DNA of 64,000 nt from a virus (lineage: Duplodnaviria > Caudoviricetes), in IMG/VR virus record IMGVR_UViG_3300014203_000001, positions 32,001 through 96,000 of that record. One strand, given 5' to 3'. Positions 9,748 through 20,150 of this stretch are shown here, in pieces; within the stretch, counting starts at the first letter, position 1, and every line of letters starts with the position of its first letter. Under the pieces are notes generated by a model, which did not search any database, was not told the origin of the DNA, and saw nothing but the letters and a program-made list of their open reading frames with translations. The position numbers were made by a program, and so were the translations under genes.

Positions 9748-10911
9748 TTAATCATTTCCACCATAGTTTACATAAAGTCTAGTCTTATTCTGGTATATCT
9801 TATTCTTAGCAATATCTCCACGGAGTTTATTATATTTACTATATAAGTCACTCCACTTTTTATAATTAGCCTTATCTAATTCTTCCGAAGTTAAGAAATC
9901 ATCAATAACAGACATTCTAGAATTTATCTTATGAAGTAGCAAAACCGCATCATCTTGTGTTTCCATATTATTCACATTGAATTCGATTTCATAATAATCA
10001 TCTTCATATGATTGAATTCCTTTTAGTTTCATAGACTTAGAAGTTCTACTAAATCCTTGAATAATATCATCCATGAAACCTTCTAAAAGAACATCGTCAT
10101 CTATTCTTTCTAATCGTCTAATGATATTATCCATCTCTTTCTTCTCTAGCTTAGATGCGCTCATCTCTATTCCGTCTTTAAGAGTACGGATGGCATCTAT
10201 ACGATTACATAATACGTCTTTATATAAACGCATTACCCAAGTTAAGAAGATAAGTTTGTTATCGATATCGCTATTCCAGTTATATCCATTACCTGCAATT
10301 TTATTCATTGCACTAGTAAGAACTCTATCTATCATACATCCGATATCGAACTCGGTAATTATCTTACCTTCTTCAGCTTCAAATACAGAAGTTACTTTTC
10401 TGATAGCGTCTCTAATACCATAAGAAAGAATCTCTATATAATGAACCGACTCAGTAAGTTTGATAGTATCATTTTGTTTAAGAAGATAATCATCGATATT
10501 GCGTTTTACCTCTTCAATTGGAGTGGCATCTGTTACGACTCGTCCTACATCGTGTGTTACTATAGCACCAATCTCTTCAAATGTCAATCCAAGTCCAGTA
10601 TCAAACATTTTAGAATCTAGTTCTACATAATACTCAGAGATGATATATCTATCATCACCTTTGAGAATATTAATAATTTCTTTTGCTGGTATGATTGGCA
10701 TTACACAGATACCAAAGAACATCTTATCTGTATTCTCTGTATATAATACCTGTTTGCAATTAGCATCTGGTCCGAATAGATCATTTAGTGCTATCTGTAT
10801 ATCATTAAGGGTAGAAGAAGCTTCGCTCGGATTTACAGCAAGTGCTCGTATCGAAGCGTTTAGATCTATGACGCCTTGTTCTACCATATTATACGTTTTT
10901 ACTAATCCCAA
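9748..10911 (-). CDS. virion head-associated protein
   Basis: Directly downstream of the putative capsid gene; LTES/LLEG processing-like motifs. Confidence 0.45.
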   Translation of the reverse strand: MGLVKTYNMVEQGVIDLNASIRALAVNPSEASSTLNDIQIALNDLFGPDANCKQVLYTENTDKMFFGICVMPIIPAKEIINILKGDDRYIISEYYVELDSKMFDTGLGLTFEEIGAIVTHDVGRVVTDATPIEEVKRNIDDYLLKQNDTIKLTESVHYIEILSYGIRDAIRKVTSVFEAEEGKIITEFDIGCMIDRVLTSAMNKIAGNGYNWNSDIDNKLIFLTWVMRLYKDVLCNRIDAIRTLKDGIEMSASKLEKKEMDNIIRRLERIDDDVLLEGFMDDIIQGFSRTSKSMKLKGIQSYEDDYYEIEFNVNNMETQDDAVLLLHKINSRMSVIDDFLTSEELDKANYKKWSDLYSKYNKLRGDIAKNKIYQNKTRLYVNYGGND

Positions 10912-10937
10912 ATTAATACACCTCCATTATATAAATA

Positions 10938-10973
10938 AAATATAGACCTACAGATATCTGTAGGTCTATATTT
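10938..10973. terminator. perfect 36-bp palindrome
   Basis: aaatatagacctacagat|atctgtaggtctatattt. Confidence 0.75.
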
Positions 10974-10982
10974 AAAGTTTTA

Positions 10983-12827
10983 TTATTGAGCGTTGTTAAC
11001 TGCACTTTTATGGGTAATCCCATTAGCTGTGTAATCGTTAGCAGCGTTAACTCCGATAGGATCAGGGTTAGCGATGTCTTCACGAAGACCAGTTGGGTTC
11101 ATGATTTGGATACGACCTTGAATAGGTTGGAATTGTAGGAATCTCCAACGTTCGAAGCAAGTAATACCAGGTAATTGATATTGCTCAGTATCACGAATCT
11201 CGTTAGAAATGTATAATTGATAATCAACAACTTTGTAGATTACACGTTGCGTATTACGTGGGCAAAGAATAATAATCAAGTTGTTGTTATTACGCATTTT
11301 CGAGCTTGAGATGAATTGATAGATACGTTTATCACTAGTCACAACAGTTTTCTTGAATTCAAGTTCTACCGGACCAATGTTGGAAGGAGTGCTATACGTA
11401 TAATCTTTAGGGGTAAGTTTACGGATAAGTTCAGGACGACCAAATACAGTAATAGTCATATTTTCATCGTTAAGAACTTGTAATAAATTAGTTACCTGAG
11501 TTTCTAAGTAATCCATGAAGGTTTCTTGTCTCCATGAGATATGAGAACCCATGTAAGATCCTTGTGGTGGAATGAAATCAAATGCACCACTAACTTTTTG
11601 AGTTTCAGCCAATCCTAAGAAGGATTTATCTAATTCATCATGAATCATATCATCTTTATAATGTAACAATGCTAAACGCATTTGAGACATAAGTTTAGTA
11701 ATTTGGTTTACACTGAACAATGCTTGAATATCTTTTACTTCTTCTGGAGATACAGTAGTAGTAATGTGTGGAGCTTCTGGAATTTCGAAGATATCCGTAC
11801 GTTGGCTCCATTTAGTTATGCAAGTTTTGAAAGCAGCAGAAGATACATCAGCTACGGCGTGCATTCTTAATGCTTTAACATCCGAAGTATTCAGTACGTT
11901 GAGCATGAATTTCTTGCTTTTCTTAACATAACCACCAATAATACCCTTAACTACTTTAGTATTACCAAGAGCATCAAGTTTAGCAACTACAGTGAAAGAA
12001 GCCATGATCGAACGATCAAATTCGCCATATGATGGACTAAAGAATAATTCAGCTGTATCGAACATAACAGGTTTAACTCCAGCTCCACCAGCAGCAACTA
12101 CTTCATATGCTTTAGTAGTAGTATTGTAGAAGGTCTCACCCACCGCAACATAGCTATCTACAAGAACGCCAGTAATAGCAGTTTTGATACTCAATGCGGC
12201 ATTAGTTGAATTGATACCCAACTCATCTTTAAGAATATCTAAGCTTTCGTTTTCAGGAAGAGTAATAACTACATCTTTTGTAGGTACGCTATTTTTAATA
12301 GCATCTTTAATTTTATACTGTTCTAAGAACATATCAATCTCGTTACCTTGTGTATCCACTAAAATACGAGTTTCCATTGATAATGTGAACTTAGGAGAAA
12401 CCGATACATCTTTCTGCATTGATTGATCAAACACTGCATTCGTCAACAGGTTTTTATGCATAGGGAAAGTAGTTGCGATCATAGGATTCGAATCACCAGT
12501 GTAACAGTTTTCACGTACACCAACTAAATCGTTTTTAAATAATTCACCAAGATCAGCTTCTAAAGCAGCTACAGCTTCTGGGTTGCCTGCATATCTAGGA
12601 TCTTCAGGATCGTAAGCCTCGCTAACAAACAATTTCTTCATAGCATCAACAGTACTATTCTTACTGAAGAACATATCTGGTTGACGATATACATCAATAC
12701 CCTCGTTAACTGCACTTCTAGCAATACTCAAAAAGCTTTCAGCTAATTTAGTCATTTCATTTTTTTCATATCCTCTTGCCTTAGCATTAGGATTTTGTCT
12801 TTCTCCAACAACTGGCATTGTATTCAC
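10983..12827 (-). CDS. probable major capsid protein precursor
   Basis: 614 aa; own late promoter and strong terminator; N-terminal region with LAES/VNE/VRE sites; downstream of acidic scaffold-like gene. Confidence 0.6.
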   Translation of the reverse strand: MNTMPVVGERQNPNAKARGYEKNEMTKLAESFLSIARSAVNEGIDVYRQPDMFFSKNSTVDAMKKLFVSEAYDPEDPRYAGNPEAVAALEADLGELFKNDLVGVRENCYTGDSNPMIATTFPMHKNLLTNAVFDQSMQKDVSVSPKFTLSMETRILVDTQGNEIDMFLEQYKIKDAIKNSVPTKDVVITLPENESLDILKDELGINSTNAALSIKTAITGVLVDSYVAVGETFYNTTTKAYEVVAAGGAGVKPVMFDTAELFFSPSYGEFDRSIMASFTVVAKLDALGNTKVVKGIIGGYVKKSKKFMLNVLNTSDVKALRMHAVADVSSAAFKTCITKWSQRTDIFEIPEAPHITTTVSPEEVKDIQALFSVNQITKLMSQMRLALLHYKDDMIHDELDKSFLGLAETQKVSGAFDFIPPQGSYMGSHISWRQETFMDYLETQVTNLLQVLNDENMTITVFGRPELIRKLTPKDYTYSTPSNIGPVELEFKKTVVTSDKRIYQFISSSKMRNNNNLIIILCPRNTQRVIYKVVDYQLYISNEIRDTEQYQLPGITCFERWRFLQFQPIQGRIQIMNPTGLREDIANPDPIGVNAANDYTANGITHKSAVNNAQ

Positions 12828-12891
12828 TCCTTATTCAAATATAATATATTTTTCGATTTATTATATTTCAACCCAATTAGGTTTAAATATT

Positions 12892-12903
12892 TACTATATT
12901 GTT
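12892..12903 (-). promoter_or_regulatory. late promoter
   Basis: AACA ATATAG TA. Confidence 0.7.
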
Positions 12904-12932
12904 ATATATACCAAATACTATTCAATGCAAAA

Positions 12933-13934
12933 CTAGGCTTTTTCTTTAGCTAATTCGTCAATTACATCTGTTAATGCAGAAAATATAGCCATATGTCTCT
13001 GAAGAAGTACTTGGTTCTCAACATAACTTCTAGTATCATAAGATTCTATCAAAGAATCTCTAACCAAAGTCTTTAATTCTAACAGCCTTCTAGTTACAAA
13101 TTCAATAGGTTTTATATTATCTTCTACTCTATTTATCTTAGAAAGACGCTCTATTACTTTTTCTATATTAGTATATAGCATAATGAAGTTTTCTTTTAAC
13201 TCCAATTGTTTAATAGCTATTTGTTCTGGCGATAAGCTAGCAAATACATCATCTTCTAATTGCTTTATCGCATCATTAGATCCGTCATTACTGCTATCTG
13301 TATCAGTGCTATCATCTGTAACCCCGTTAGAATCATCTTCCCCGTCAGGTGAGTCTTGTGTATAGTCTGGTGTTCCTTCCGCATCTGTAGATGCATCTGA
13401 ATTGTCTTCTCCATTTGCGTCATCTTTAGTACCATCCCCATCATTATTTGTATCGTCTTCACCATCAGGAGAATCTTGTGTATAATCTGGTGGTCCATCA
13501 TCTGCATTGCTGTCCAACCCAGCATCTGGCGTTTCGCTATCTTCTGGATTCTCCTGATCGTCACCTTTGGGAGTATCATCTTCTTCCTCATCAGGAGAGT
13601 CTTGTGTATAATCTGGAGGTCCATCATCTTCAGTATCATCCACAGGAGGATCTTCGGCAGGCGGATTCGTATCAGCGGTATCTGTATTATCATCTGCTGG
13701 TGGTTCCTCATCTTCTTCCTCATCAGGAGAGTCTTGTGTATAATCGGGAGGTCCATCATCTTCAGTATCATCCACAGGAGGATCTTCTACTGGAGCTGGG
13801 TCTTCTTTAGGTGTATCGTCATCTTCTGGTTTGTCTTGTGTATAATCAACTTTATTCTTTTTATCGTCTTCTTCATCTAAAGATTTACCATTAGCAATGA
13901 TCTCTTCATTTAATATAAACGTAGCAAAATTCAT
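12933..13934 (-). CDS. acidic repeat protein (scaffold/prohead core-like)
   Basis: Five DYTQD repeats in D/E/P-rich region, helical C-terminal domain, upstream of capsid gene. Confidence 0.55.
   Translation of the reverse strand: MNFATFILNEEIIANGKSLDEEDDKKNKVDYTQDKPEDDDTPKEDPAPVEDPPVDDTEDDGPPDYTQDSPDEEEDEEPPADDNTDTADTNPPAEDPPVDDTEDDGPPDYTQDSPDEEEDDTPKGDDQENPEDSETPDAGLDSNADDGPPDYTQDSPDGEDDTNNDGDGTKDDANGEDNSDASTDAEGTPDYTQDSPDGEDDSNGVTDDSTDTDSSNDGSNDAIKQLEDDVFASLSPEQIAIKQLELKENFIMLYTNIEKVIERLSKINRVEDNIKPIEFVTRRLLELKTLVRDSLIESYDTRSYVENQVLLQRHMAIFSALTDVIDELAKEKA
13345..13850 (-). repeat. coding repeats (G)PPDYTQDSPD
   Basis: tcttgtgtata core in five copies; two copies share about 70 nt of near identity. 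Confidence 0.85.
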
Positions 13935-13949
13935 TTTTATTCCTCCTTT

Positions 13950-16202
13950 CTAATCTTCTTTAGCTTTTGCATCTGTAGATCTAACTGTCTTATCGTCCCA
14001 TTCAATCTTAATTTTATATTTCAATCTAGATTCTTGGGCTTCTAATTTCTTTTTAATAAGAAGAAGTTCTCTAACCCGTTTAAGATCTTTCTTATCTTCA
14101 GCTTGAGCAATATACTTATCTACCATTTGAAGTTCTACTTCTAATTCATTCAATACCAACTGTCGTTCTTTTGTTCTTATCTTAGAACTCATAGCAAATT
14201 TACCAAGAAGAATAATTACAGCCACGGCAGGATGTATTAACCAAGCAGCTCCAACCGTTACAACAGCCATTTTAATAACCTTAGATGCAGATGGAAGAAT
14301 ATCTCCTCTAATAACGGCTTCTCTATTCTCGGTAGTCATTGATTTTTCTACACTTCTAGATAAGCTATCACATGTAGCATCTACTGTTCTAGACATAATC
14401 TTTTCTTTATCTGAAAGATCTGATGCTATATTAGCTAGCTTTTGTGTTGCCATATGTAAACCACTAGTAATGCTTAATTCATTAATGGCTCTCACATATG
14501 AATTTATAACATGAGTAGATTCTTGTAATTCAATGATATCTGAGAATACATTGCTTCCGTCAATAGATTCTTTAATACCATCGATTTCGAGGGATTTAAG
14601 TTTGGTTAGATTTTCAGCATAGCAGTTTATCTTATTATAGTTCATTATATTCTTAGATGCTTCTCTATCGGCAAACTCTAATGCTTCAATAAGTTTATCT
14701 TTATCTAGCATATCAGGATGCTTCATTGCAAACCCAGTAATATAATCCACATTATCCAATTCTAGATTCGTAATATTATCAGTTGCAAATAGAATTCTTT
14801 CATTGGTAGCCTTATCCCATTCAATAGAATTTACAGCAGATTCTATAACTCTAATATCTATAGCAGAGTTGATAGTTTCTTCGTCAAAGTTCATATCAAA
14901 ATTAAACCCATCATCTTTACCAGGTCTATTATTATTTTCCCAGCTTTTCTTTTCATCATCACCTTGCATAGAATCAGAATGTGCTTCTAAAGCGTCTATG
15001 CTTTTATCCATTTGCTTTAGATATTCTTCTAATTTTTCTTTCTTCTTATGATCAGTACATTTCTCTATTTTCTTAGCAACAGATTCTCTATCCCTATACC
15101 ATACTCGTAGGACTTCTTTCATATACTTGCGTTCCATTACCATATTTATAGTTTTAGAAACTATAATAGCAAACAATCCAGCGAATACTCCTAGAGAAAA
15201 AGCCCCTACAACTACACAAAAATAAAATGCAACTGATAGTAAATTAGTGGTTCCTTCTGCTATATCTTTATCTTTGTTTACAACTAGTATATTTACCATT
15301 AGTTGTTTGAATAGCTCTGGAGATTTAGAAGGTAAAGTTTTAAACTTATCAATCAATTCTCTAGTTTTATCCTTCATAGCTTCTTGTAATATAAAATCAA
15401 TAGATGCATCTTCTGTTACTGGGACGGTGGATTCTTGAAGTTCAGTAAGATATTTAAAATCATCTTCTTTAAAGAATCTATTTTGCTTAGCAGTTTCAGA
15501 TAAAATATGTAATAGTTCTCTAGACGAATCTTGTGGATTCATACTATTAGAAAGAAAGTAATCTGTTACGGATTCTACTATATCTTTAGTATCGAATCTA
15601 ACATTGTTCTCACTAAAAGCGAATAAAGTTTCCTCTAGGGCTAGACTATATTTAGCATTAACTCCAACTTTATACGTATCAACAAAAGAACATAGTTCGT
15701 AGATAGTATCTTTAATACTATCACCATATGCATTTTCTCTTACATAGTTATCGATATTAAATCTTCTCGAAATAAGATCGTGATTCTTAATAGCTCTATC
15801 ACAGTGAACCGCTTCATTGATTCTATCTAGAATAGAACTTAGATATTTAATCTTACTCGGCTCCTCAGCTTCTTTAATTCTACACATAATACCTTCTCTG
15901 AGAAAGGATGGACTTTCTAGAGAAAAAATAATACTCTCGTTAATCCTATCAGTAATCGTCTTTAAATTATTCTCCGTTCCGTTCTCTGATACTATGTCGA
16001 ATAACTCTAAAACTTTTCTTACAGACATATCTGTATTTGCTGAATAACTTGTCCACTTCTCTACAGATTCTTTGATATTCTCAAAATTATAATTCTCCTT
16101 ACAAGATTGGAACAATGGATAGATAGTATCCCCTTTGAATGGTTTTGTACGATGATAGCGTTTACTCAAATCTACAGTGGAAATATGTTGCTTCATATAC
16201 AA
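13950..16202 (-). CDS. virion protein with hydrophobic segments (possible ejection protein)
   Basis: 750 aa; many xxE-S/A motifs; two hydrophobic stretches; late promoter at 16224-16235. Confidence 0.5.
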   Translation of the reverse strand: MYMKQHISTVDLSKRYHRTKPFKGDTIYPLFQSCKENYNFENIKESVEKWTSYSANTDMSVRKVLELFDIVSENGTENNLKTITDRINESIIFSLESPSFLREGIMCRIKEAEEPSKIKYLSSILDRINEAVHCDRAIKNHDLISRRFNIDNYVRENAYGDSIKDTIYELCSFVDTYKVGVNAKYSLALEETLFAFSENNVRFDTKDIVESVTDYFLSNSMNPQDSSRELLHILSETAKQNRFFKEDDFKYLTELQESTVPVTEDASIDFILQEAMKDKTRELIDKFKTLPSKSPELFKQLMVNILVVNKDKDIAEGTTNLLSVAFYFCVVVGAFSLGVFAGLFAIIVSKTINMVMERKYMKEVLRVWYRDRESVAKKIEKCTDHKKKEKLEEYLKQMDKSIDALEAHSDSMQGDDEKKSWENNNRPGKDDGFNFDMNFDEETINSAIDIRVIESAVNSIEWDKATNERILFATDNITNLELDNVDYITGFAMKHPDMLDKDKLIEALEFADREASKNIMNYNKINCYAENLTKLKSLEIDGIKESIDGSNVFSDIIELQESTHVINSYVRAINELSITSGLHMATQKLANIASDLSDKEKIMSRTVDATCDSLSRSVEKSMTTENREAVIRGDILPSASKVIKMAVVTVGAAWLIHPAVAVIILLGKFAMSSKIRTKERQLVLNELEVELQMVDKYIAQAEDKKDLKRVRELLLIKKKLEAQESRLKYKIKIEWDDKTVRSTDAKAKED

Positions 16203-16223
16203 TCCTCTCCTTATATATTCATT

Positions 16224-16235
16224 TAATTATAAGTT
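16224..16235 (-). promoter_or_regulatory. late promoter variant
   Basis: AACT TATAAT TA. Confidence 0.55.
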
Positions 16236-16276
16236 CGCTAATTTCTTTATTGCATTGGCTACAATACAAAAAATAA

Positions 16277-16301
16277 AAGGCTACTCATTACGAGTAGCCT
16301 T
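16277..16301. terminator. hairpin + T tract (minus)
   Basis: aaggctactc-attac-gagtagcctt. Confidence 0.7.
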
Positions 16302-16307
16302 ATGTAT

Positions 16308-16799
16308 TTATTCATCACTCACTTTCAAACCAAATGGGACTTTTCCATCCACAATAGATTGCCAATGTTCTACAACTCTGATACTAGTATAATCATCAAT
16401 AGATTCTAAATTCTTTTTAGCTTCATCTTGCGCCCATTTCCAAGTATCATTAGAGATAGTGGTAAAGCTGTCTTCGTATTGTGGATAGAGTAGATTATTA
16501 TAGTCAGTAATCTTGAATGGGCTATTAATATTTTTCCAGCATTTAATGAATTCTAACATTACTGCGCTAGCTTGAAATACAGTGATGCCTCCAGTAGGAG
16601 AGCTATCTACCGCATATGCTGCTGCAATAGCAGAAGCCGCCATTGCATGACAAATAGTTCCGTAATCGTGACCATATTCATTTACAAGTTTATTAACAAA
16701 CTCACCTAAATTTTCAGTGGTCACATTCTTAGCTTCTTTATACCACTCTTGATGTACATTATCTTTCTCTGTAATACGCATCTTTTTATTCTCAGTCAT
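16308..16799 (-). CDS. hypothetical protein with C-terminal W-x2-IV-x-G-x-[VI]P domain
   Basis: 163 aa; domain shared with neighbours. Confidence 0.65.
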   Translation of the reverse strand: MTENKKMRITEKDNVHQEWYKEAKNVTTENLGEFVNKLVNEYGHDYGTICHAMAASAIAAAYAVDSSPTGGITVFQASAVMLEFIKCWKNINSPFKITDYNNLLYPQYEDSFTTISNDTWKWAQDEAKKNLESIDDYTSIRVVEHWQSIVDGKVPFGLKVSDE

Positions 16800-16800
16800 T

Positions 16801-18090
16801 TTATTTGCCTCCTAATTTAGAATAATTCTCTAATAATTTAGAATACAGTTCTACTGTATCCTTCATCAATAAATCATTTTTGTCCCATTCTCCCATGTGT
16901 TTTAAACTAAGCAATAATTTAGAACGTAAGCTAGACAATACAAATGCTAAATTATCTTCTACATCTTTAATTAGCTTATCCCCTTCCTCATTTTCAAAAG
17001 GAATAGCTTTAGGTTTTACCGCATCGAAGTTATCATTAATAACTTCTAACCCGAATGGAACTTCTCCATTAACTATATCATACCAGTGTACAAGAATCTT
17101 TTTACAAACAGGTCCAGATGTATTTTCTATTTGATCTTTAGCTGTGTCTTGTAAGTATTTCCATTCCTCTTCGGTTAAATATTCTAGCTTTGACTGGCGA
17201 TCTGGGTATAATAGAGAATATACATCTTCCAAGCTATTAGGTTTTGGTTTGATACCGATATTTAATTCAATAGTGTTAATCGCATCGTCTTTTCTATTCT
17301 CTTCTTTTTCAGAAGAGTAAGATGTATCCGCTACCTCCTCAAAACTATCATTAATAACTTCTAAGGAAAAAGGAATAATTCCATCAACTATATTGCACCA
17401 ATAATAAAGTAGTTTTTTATTAACACCATCTGTCACATTTTCTATTCTCTTCTTCGCAGATAATTGTATATTTTTCCATTCCTCTTCGGTTAAATATTTT
17501 AATTTAGTTGTATGAGTCGGGTACAATAGAGAATATACATCGTCTGGATTGTTGGGCTTTACTTTAAAGTTATTACTCATGTCAACACCGAATTTGATAG
17601 CACTAATCGTATCATCTTTTCGATTCTCTTCTTTTTCAGAGGTTTCTTCTTGATCATTATTTTTAACTCTTCGAAAAGTAACAGGCGGAATTACAGGATT
17701 GATAATGGTATCAATCCTGTCAGCTAGAGCTTCAGATGCTTCAGTATATCCCAATGCCTCAATGAAATAGACTACGTTGTATATATCTACTTGGATAAGA
17801 TCGGCTATAAATTTCTTGTCGGTGTGTTTTAATACTATTTTAGAATGATGATCTCCATTATCCACGATTACAATTTCATTATCAGTTATTGATACGAAAT
17901 CATCTTCTTCAATAGCAGTACAACCTTTTGGTCCGAATATATTTATTTTATTAGTCAAGAATTCTGTATTAGTTATATGATAAGAAAACCCATCATTCTC
18001 TATTAAAATAAAGCTTTTAGATAATATCCTTTCAATTTCTTCATTAATTTCTAAAATATTTTGTTCTGATACTAGATATCGTTTGTTCAT
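16801..18090 (-). CDS. hypothetical protein with tandemly duplicated domain
   Basis: Likely start MNKRY at 18090 (AAGGAG RBS); two SEKEENRKDD...LLYP...W..IV.G..PF copies. Confidence 0.65.
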   Translation of the reverse strand: MNKRYLVSEQNILEINEEIERILSKSFILIENDGFSYHITNTEFLTNKINIFGPKGCTAIEEDDFVSITDNEIVIVDNGDHHSKIVLKHTDKKFIADLIQVDIYNVVYFIEALGYTEASEALADRIDTIINPVIPPVTFRRVKNNDQEETSEKEENRKDDTISAIKFGVDMSNNFKVKPNNPDDVYSLLYPTHTTKLKYLTEEEWKNIQLSAKKRIENVTDGVNKKLLYYWCNIVDGIIPFSLEVINDSFEEVADTSYSSEKEENRKDDAINTIELNIGIKPKPNSLEDVYSLLYPDRQSKLEYLTEEEWKYLQDTAKDQIENTSGPVCKKILVHWYDIVNGEVPFGLEVINDNFDAVKPKAIPFENEEGDKLIKDVEDNLAFVLSSLRSKLLLSLKHMGEWDKNDLLMKDTVELYSKLLENYSKLGGK

Positions 18091-18154
18091 CTTTGCATCT
18101 CTCCTTAAAATTAAAATAAAAGGATACGTTACAAAAGCATCCTTTAGGTATAAA

Positions 18155-18439
18155 CTATTCTCTATGAATAGGAGTTCCAAAATCAGATAATAAATCTAAG
18201 AAGTCTTTTAACGATTCGATCCCAGACGAATCTCCAAGTAATACATCAAATGCTAATTTAACTTCAGTATCATTATTTCTAATACGTTCAAATATAAAAT
18301 TCTCATCTACTGTGGCTGTTAGGATAGAGCTATTTGCACATAACTTTTCAAACTCTTCTTTCCGACTCTCATTAACACAAATCCTCACTTTAAAATATGC
18401 TTTACCATTTTCTCCAATATAATTTTTGATAGTTCTCAT
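18155..18439 (-). CDS. hypothetical early protein
   Basis: 94 aa, first gene after early promoter. Confidence 0.6.
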   Translation of the reverse strand: MRTIKNYIGENGKAYFKVRICVNESRKEEFEKLCANSSILTATVDENFIFERIRNNDTEVKLAFDVLLGDSSGIESLKDFLDLLSDFGTPIHRE

Positions 18440-18466
18440 TTTACATCTCTCCTTACTATAATTTGC

Positions 18467-18504
18467 GATGCAATATATTATTGCTCATCTATATAATATA
18501 TAAC
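18467..18504 (-). promoter_or_regulatory. early promoter + leader hairpin
   Basis: GTTATATATTATATAGATGAGCAAT-aatat-ATTGCATC. Confidence 0.75.
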
Positions 18505-18513
18505 TATAAAAAA

Positions 18514-18541
18514 TAAAGACTACTCATATGAGTAGCCTTTA
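18514..18541. terminator. hairpin
   Basis: taaagactactcatatgagtagccttta. Confidence 0.65.
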
Positions 18542-18547
18542 TTAGAC

Positions 18548-19111
18548 TTATAAATCTTTACATACAAGTTTATATTCTATAGGAACTATACCAGCAACAA
18601 TATTTTTCCAATACCCATATAAAATATGAGTAGGTTTATTAAGTTTTAAATTATTTGCAGCTTCTTCTTTTACGTAATTCCATGTCTCTATATTAATTAA
18701 TTTATTTAAAACACATTTCGGAGATATAAGGTCTTCTGCAATATCGTAATCGATTTTATCAATAATATTTAAAACTTCTTCTTGTAATTCTTTTTCTAAT
18801 ATATTCCCACCATTGCCATTGCCAACAAATGCAATCTGATCTTTTAATGTAAGAAATGCAATTCTAAACCAAGCCTCAGGGCAAGTCTCATCAATATATT
18901 TTAACGCAATATCTTTTACATTCGCTAAAATAATATTCATTATAGGAGCTTGTCCATAATCAGAAGGTTTATCATTCCATCTTCCTACCATTTCATTATG
19001 AGCATAATACTCTGAAGCTAATTTAAATACATCCTCTACTTGATTTGGAAACATTCCCCGATCAGATAGGAATTTCTTTACTTCTTCAGCAATCGTTAAT
19101 TCTTGATTCAT
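18548..19111 (-). CDS. hypothetical protein with C-terminal W-x2-IV-x-G-x-[VI]P domain
   Basis: 187 aa; YWKNIVAGIVP. Confidence 0.6.
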   Translation of the reverse strand: MNQELTIAEEVKKFLSDRGMFPNQVEDVFKLASEYYAHNEMVGRWNDKPSDYGQAPIMNIILANVKDIALKYIDETCPEAWFRIAFLTLKDQIAFVGNGNGGNILEKELQEEVLNIIDKIDYDIAEDLISPKCVLNKLINIETWNYVKEEAANNLKLNKPTHILYGYWKNIVAGIVPIEYKLVCKDL

Positions 19112-19695
19112 TATAATTTTCCTCCCAATTCTTTTAATTTAGCGATACCCTCATCGGTTAGCCATCCAGTTCTTATCGAAACTCCGTATTCCACATAACC
19201 TTTTTTATTCAATTTAATATATTTGGCATATATCACATTTATAGGAAATCCCATATCTGTAAGGATTTCATATGCAAAGGGAGTGTCACGATTAATTCTA
19301 TGAGCATAAATTAATTGTAATATTAGTGTAAGATCAATATCTTTACATTGAAGCTTCCTTTCTTCTTTTATTGGCTCTTGTGAAACTTCTTTGTTTTTAA
19401 TAGGCAATGCAACTTCATACCCTTCTGCGATATCTTTCTCTCTAGATGGTAAATGTTTACGTAGTATTTCTACTTTATTATATATACCACGTTCTATGCT
19501 CTCAATATTTTCACTCAGTATAGAATCTACCGTTATACAATAATCTATAAAAACATCGTTATCGTAGCTCATCTTAATTACGATTATATTATCATAATAT
19601 ACAAACTTCTTATGAGGAGCTACCCCATTAAAGTTATTACCATCCTCCATATAATTTACTATATGGAGGAGTGTTTTTATAATTTCTTCATTCAT
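19111..19695 (-). CDS. hypothetical protein, possible C-terminal winged helix
   Basis: Start MNEE at 19695; LNKKGYVEYG...GWLTDEGIAKL resembles a wHTH wing. Confidence 0.55.
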   Translation of the reverse strand: MNEEIIKTLLHIVNYMEDGNNFNGVAPHKKFVYYDNIIVIKMSYDNDVFIDYCITVDSILSENIESIERGIYNKVEILRKHLPSREKDIAEGYEVALPIKNKEVSQEPIKEERKLQCKDIDLTLILQLIYAHRINRDTPFAYEILTDMGFPINVIYAKYIKLNKKGYVEYGVSIRTGWLTDEGIAKLKELGGKL

Positions 19696-19714
19696 TTTAT
19701 TACCTCCTAAAATC
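19685..19714. repeat. 30-bp direct repeat copy 1 (RBS + start)
   Basis: tcttcattcattttattacctcctaaaatc identical to 20140-20169. Confidence 0.9.
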
Positions 19715-20150
19715 ATGCATTCGTTATACTATTCTTATCGACAATTTTATACTCTGTTGAGCCATCCCAATAGGTTATCAGCGCCTTAATCTTACCTTCT
19801 TTTGCTAATTCATCACAATATTGTACGTCTTTGGTGAACTCATCAATTTCAGCTAACCCATATCCGAATAATAATCCTTGTAATGCCTGTCTTAGACGAT
19901 CTCTCTTATTTAAAGTTATAACGAATTCAATTATATCTTTCATGAAATCGTATTTGTATATAAAGATTTCATCAAGCTTATCGTCTAATGGAATTACATA
20001 TAACTTTACCAATCTATACTCTCCTGTCTTTAGGATTCCTTTTTCATAATCCATACAATGGCATGGTTTTACTCCTTTAATTACATTATAGCAAGCTTCT
20101 TCAAATTCAATAGCATGCTCTTCCACACCCAAAGTTCCATCTTCATTCAT
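19713..20150 (-). CDS. hypothetical protein
   Basis: 145 aa; bracketed by 30-bp direct repeats. Confidence 0.6.
   Translation of the reverse strand: MNEDGTLGVEEHAIEFEEACYNVIKGVKPCHCMDYEKGILKTGEYRLVKLYVIPLDDKLDEIFIYKYDFMKDIIEFVITLNKRDRLRQALQGLLFGYGLAEIDEFTKDVQYCDELAKEGKIKALITYWDGSTEYKIVDKNSITNA

Noticed and set aside
13345-13850. CRISPR-like spaced repeats
   Set aside because: In-frame coding repeats, irregular spacing, degenerate at third positions
13265-13880. Alternative-frame and antisense ORFs with repeats
   Set aside because: Shadows of the acidic DYTQD repeat gene
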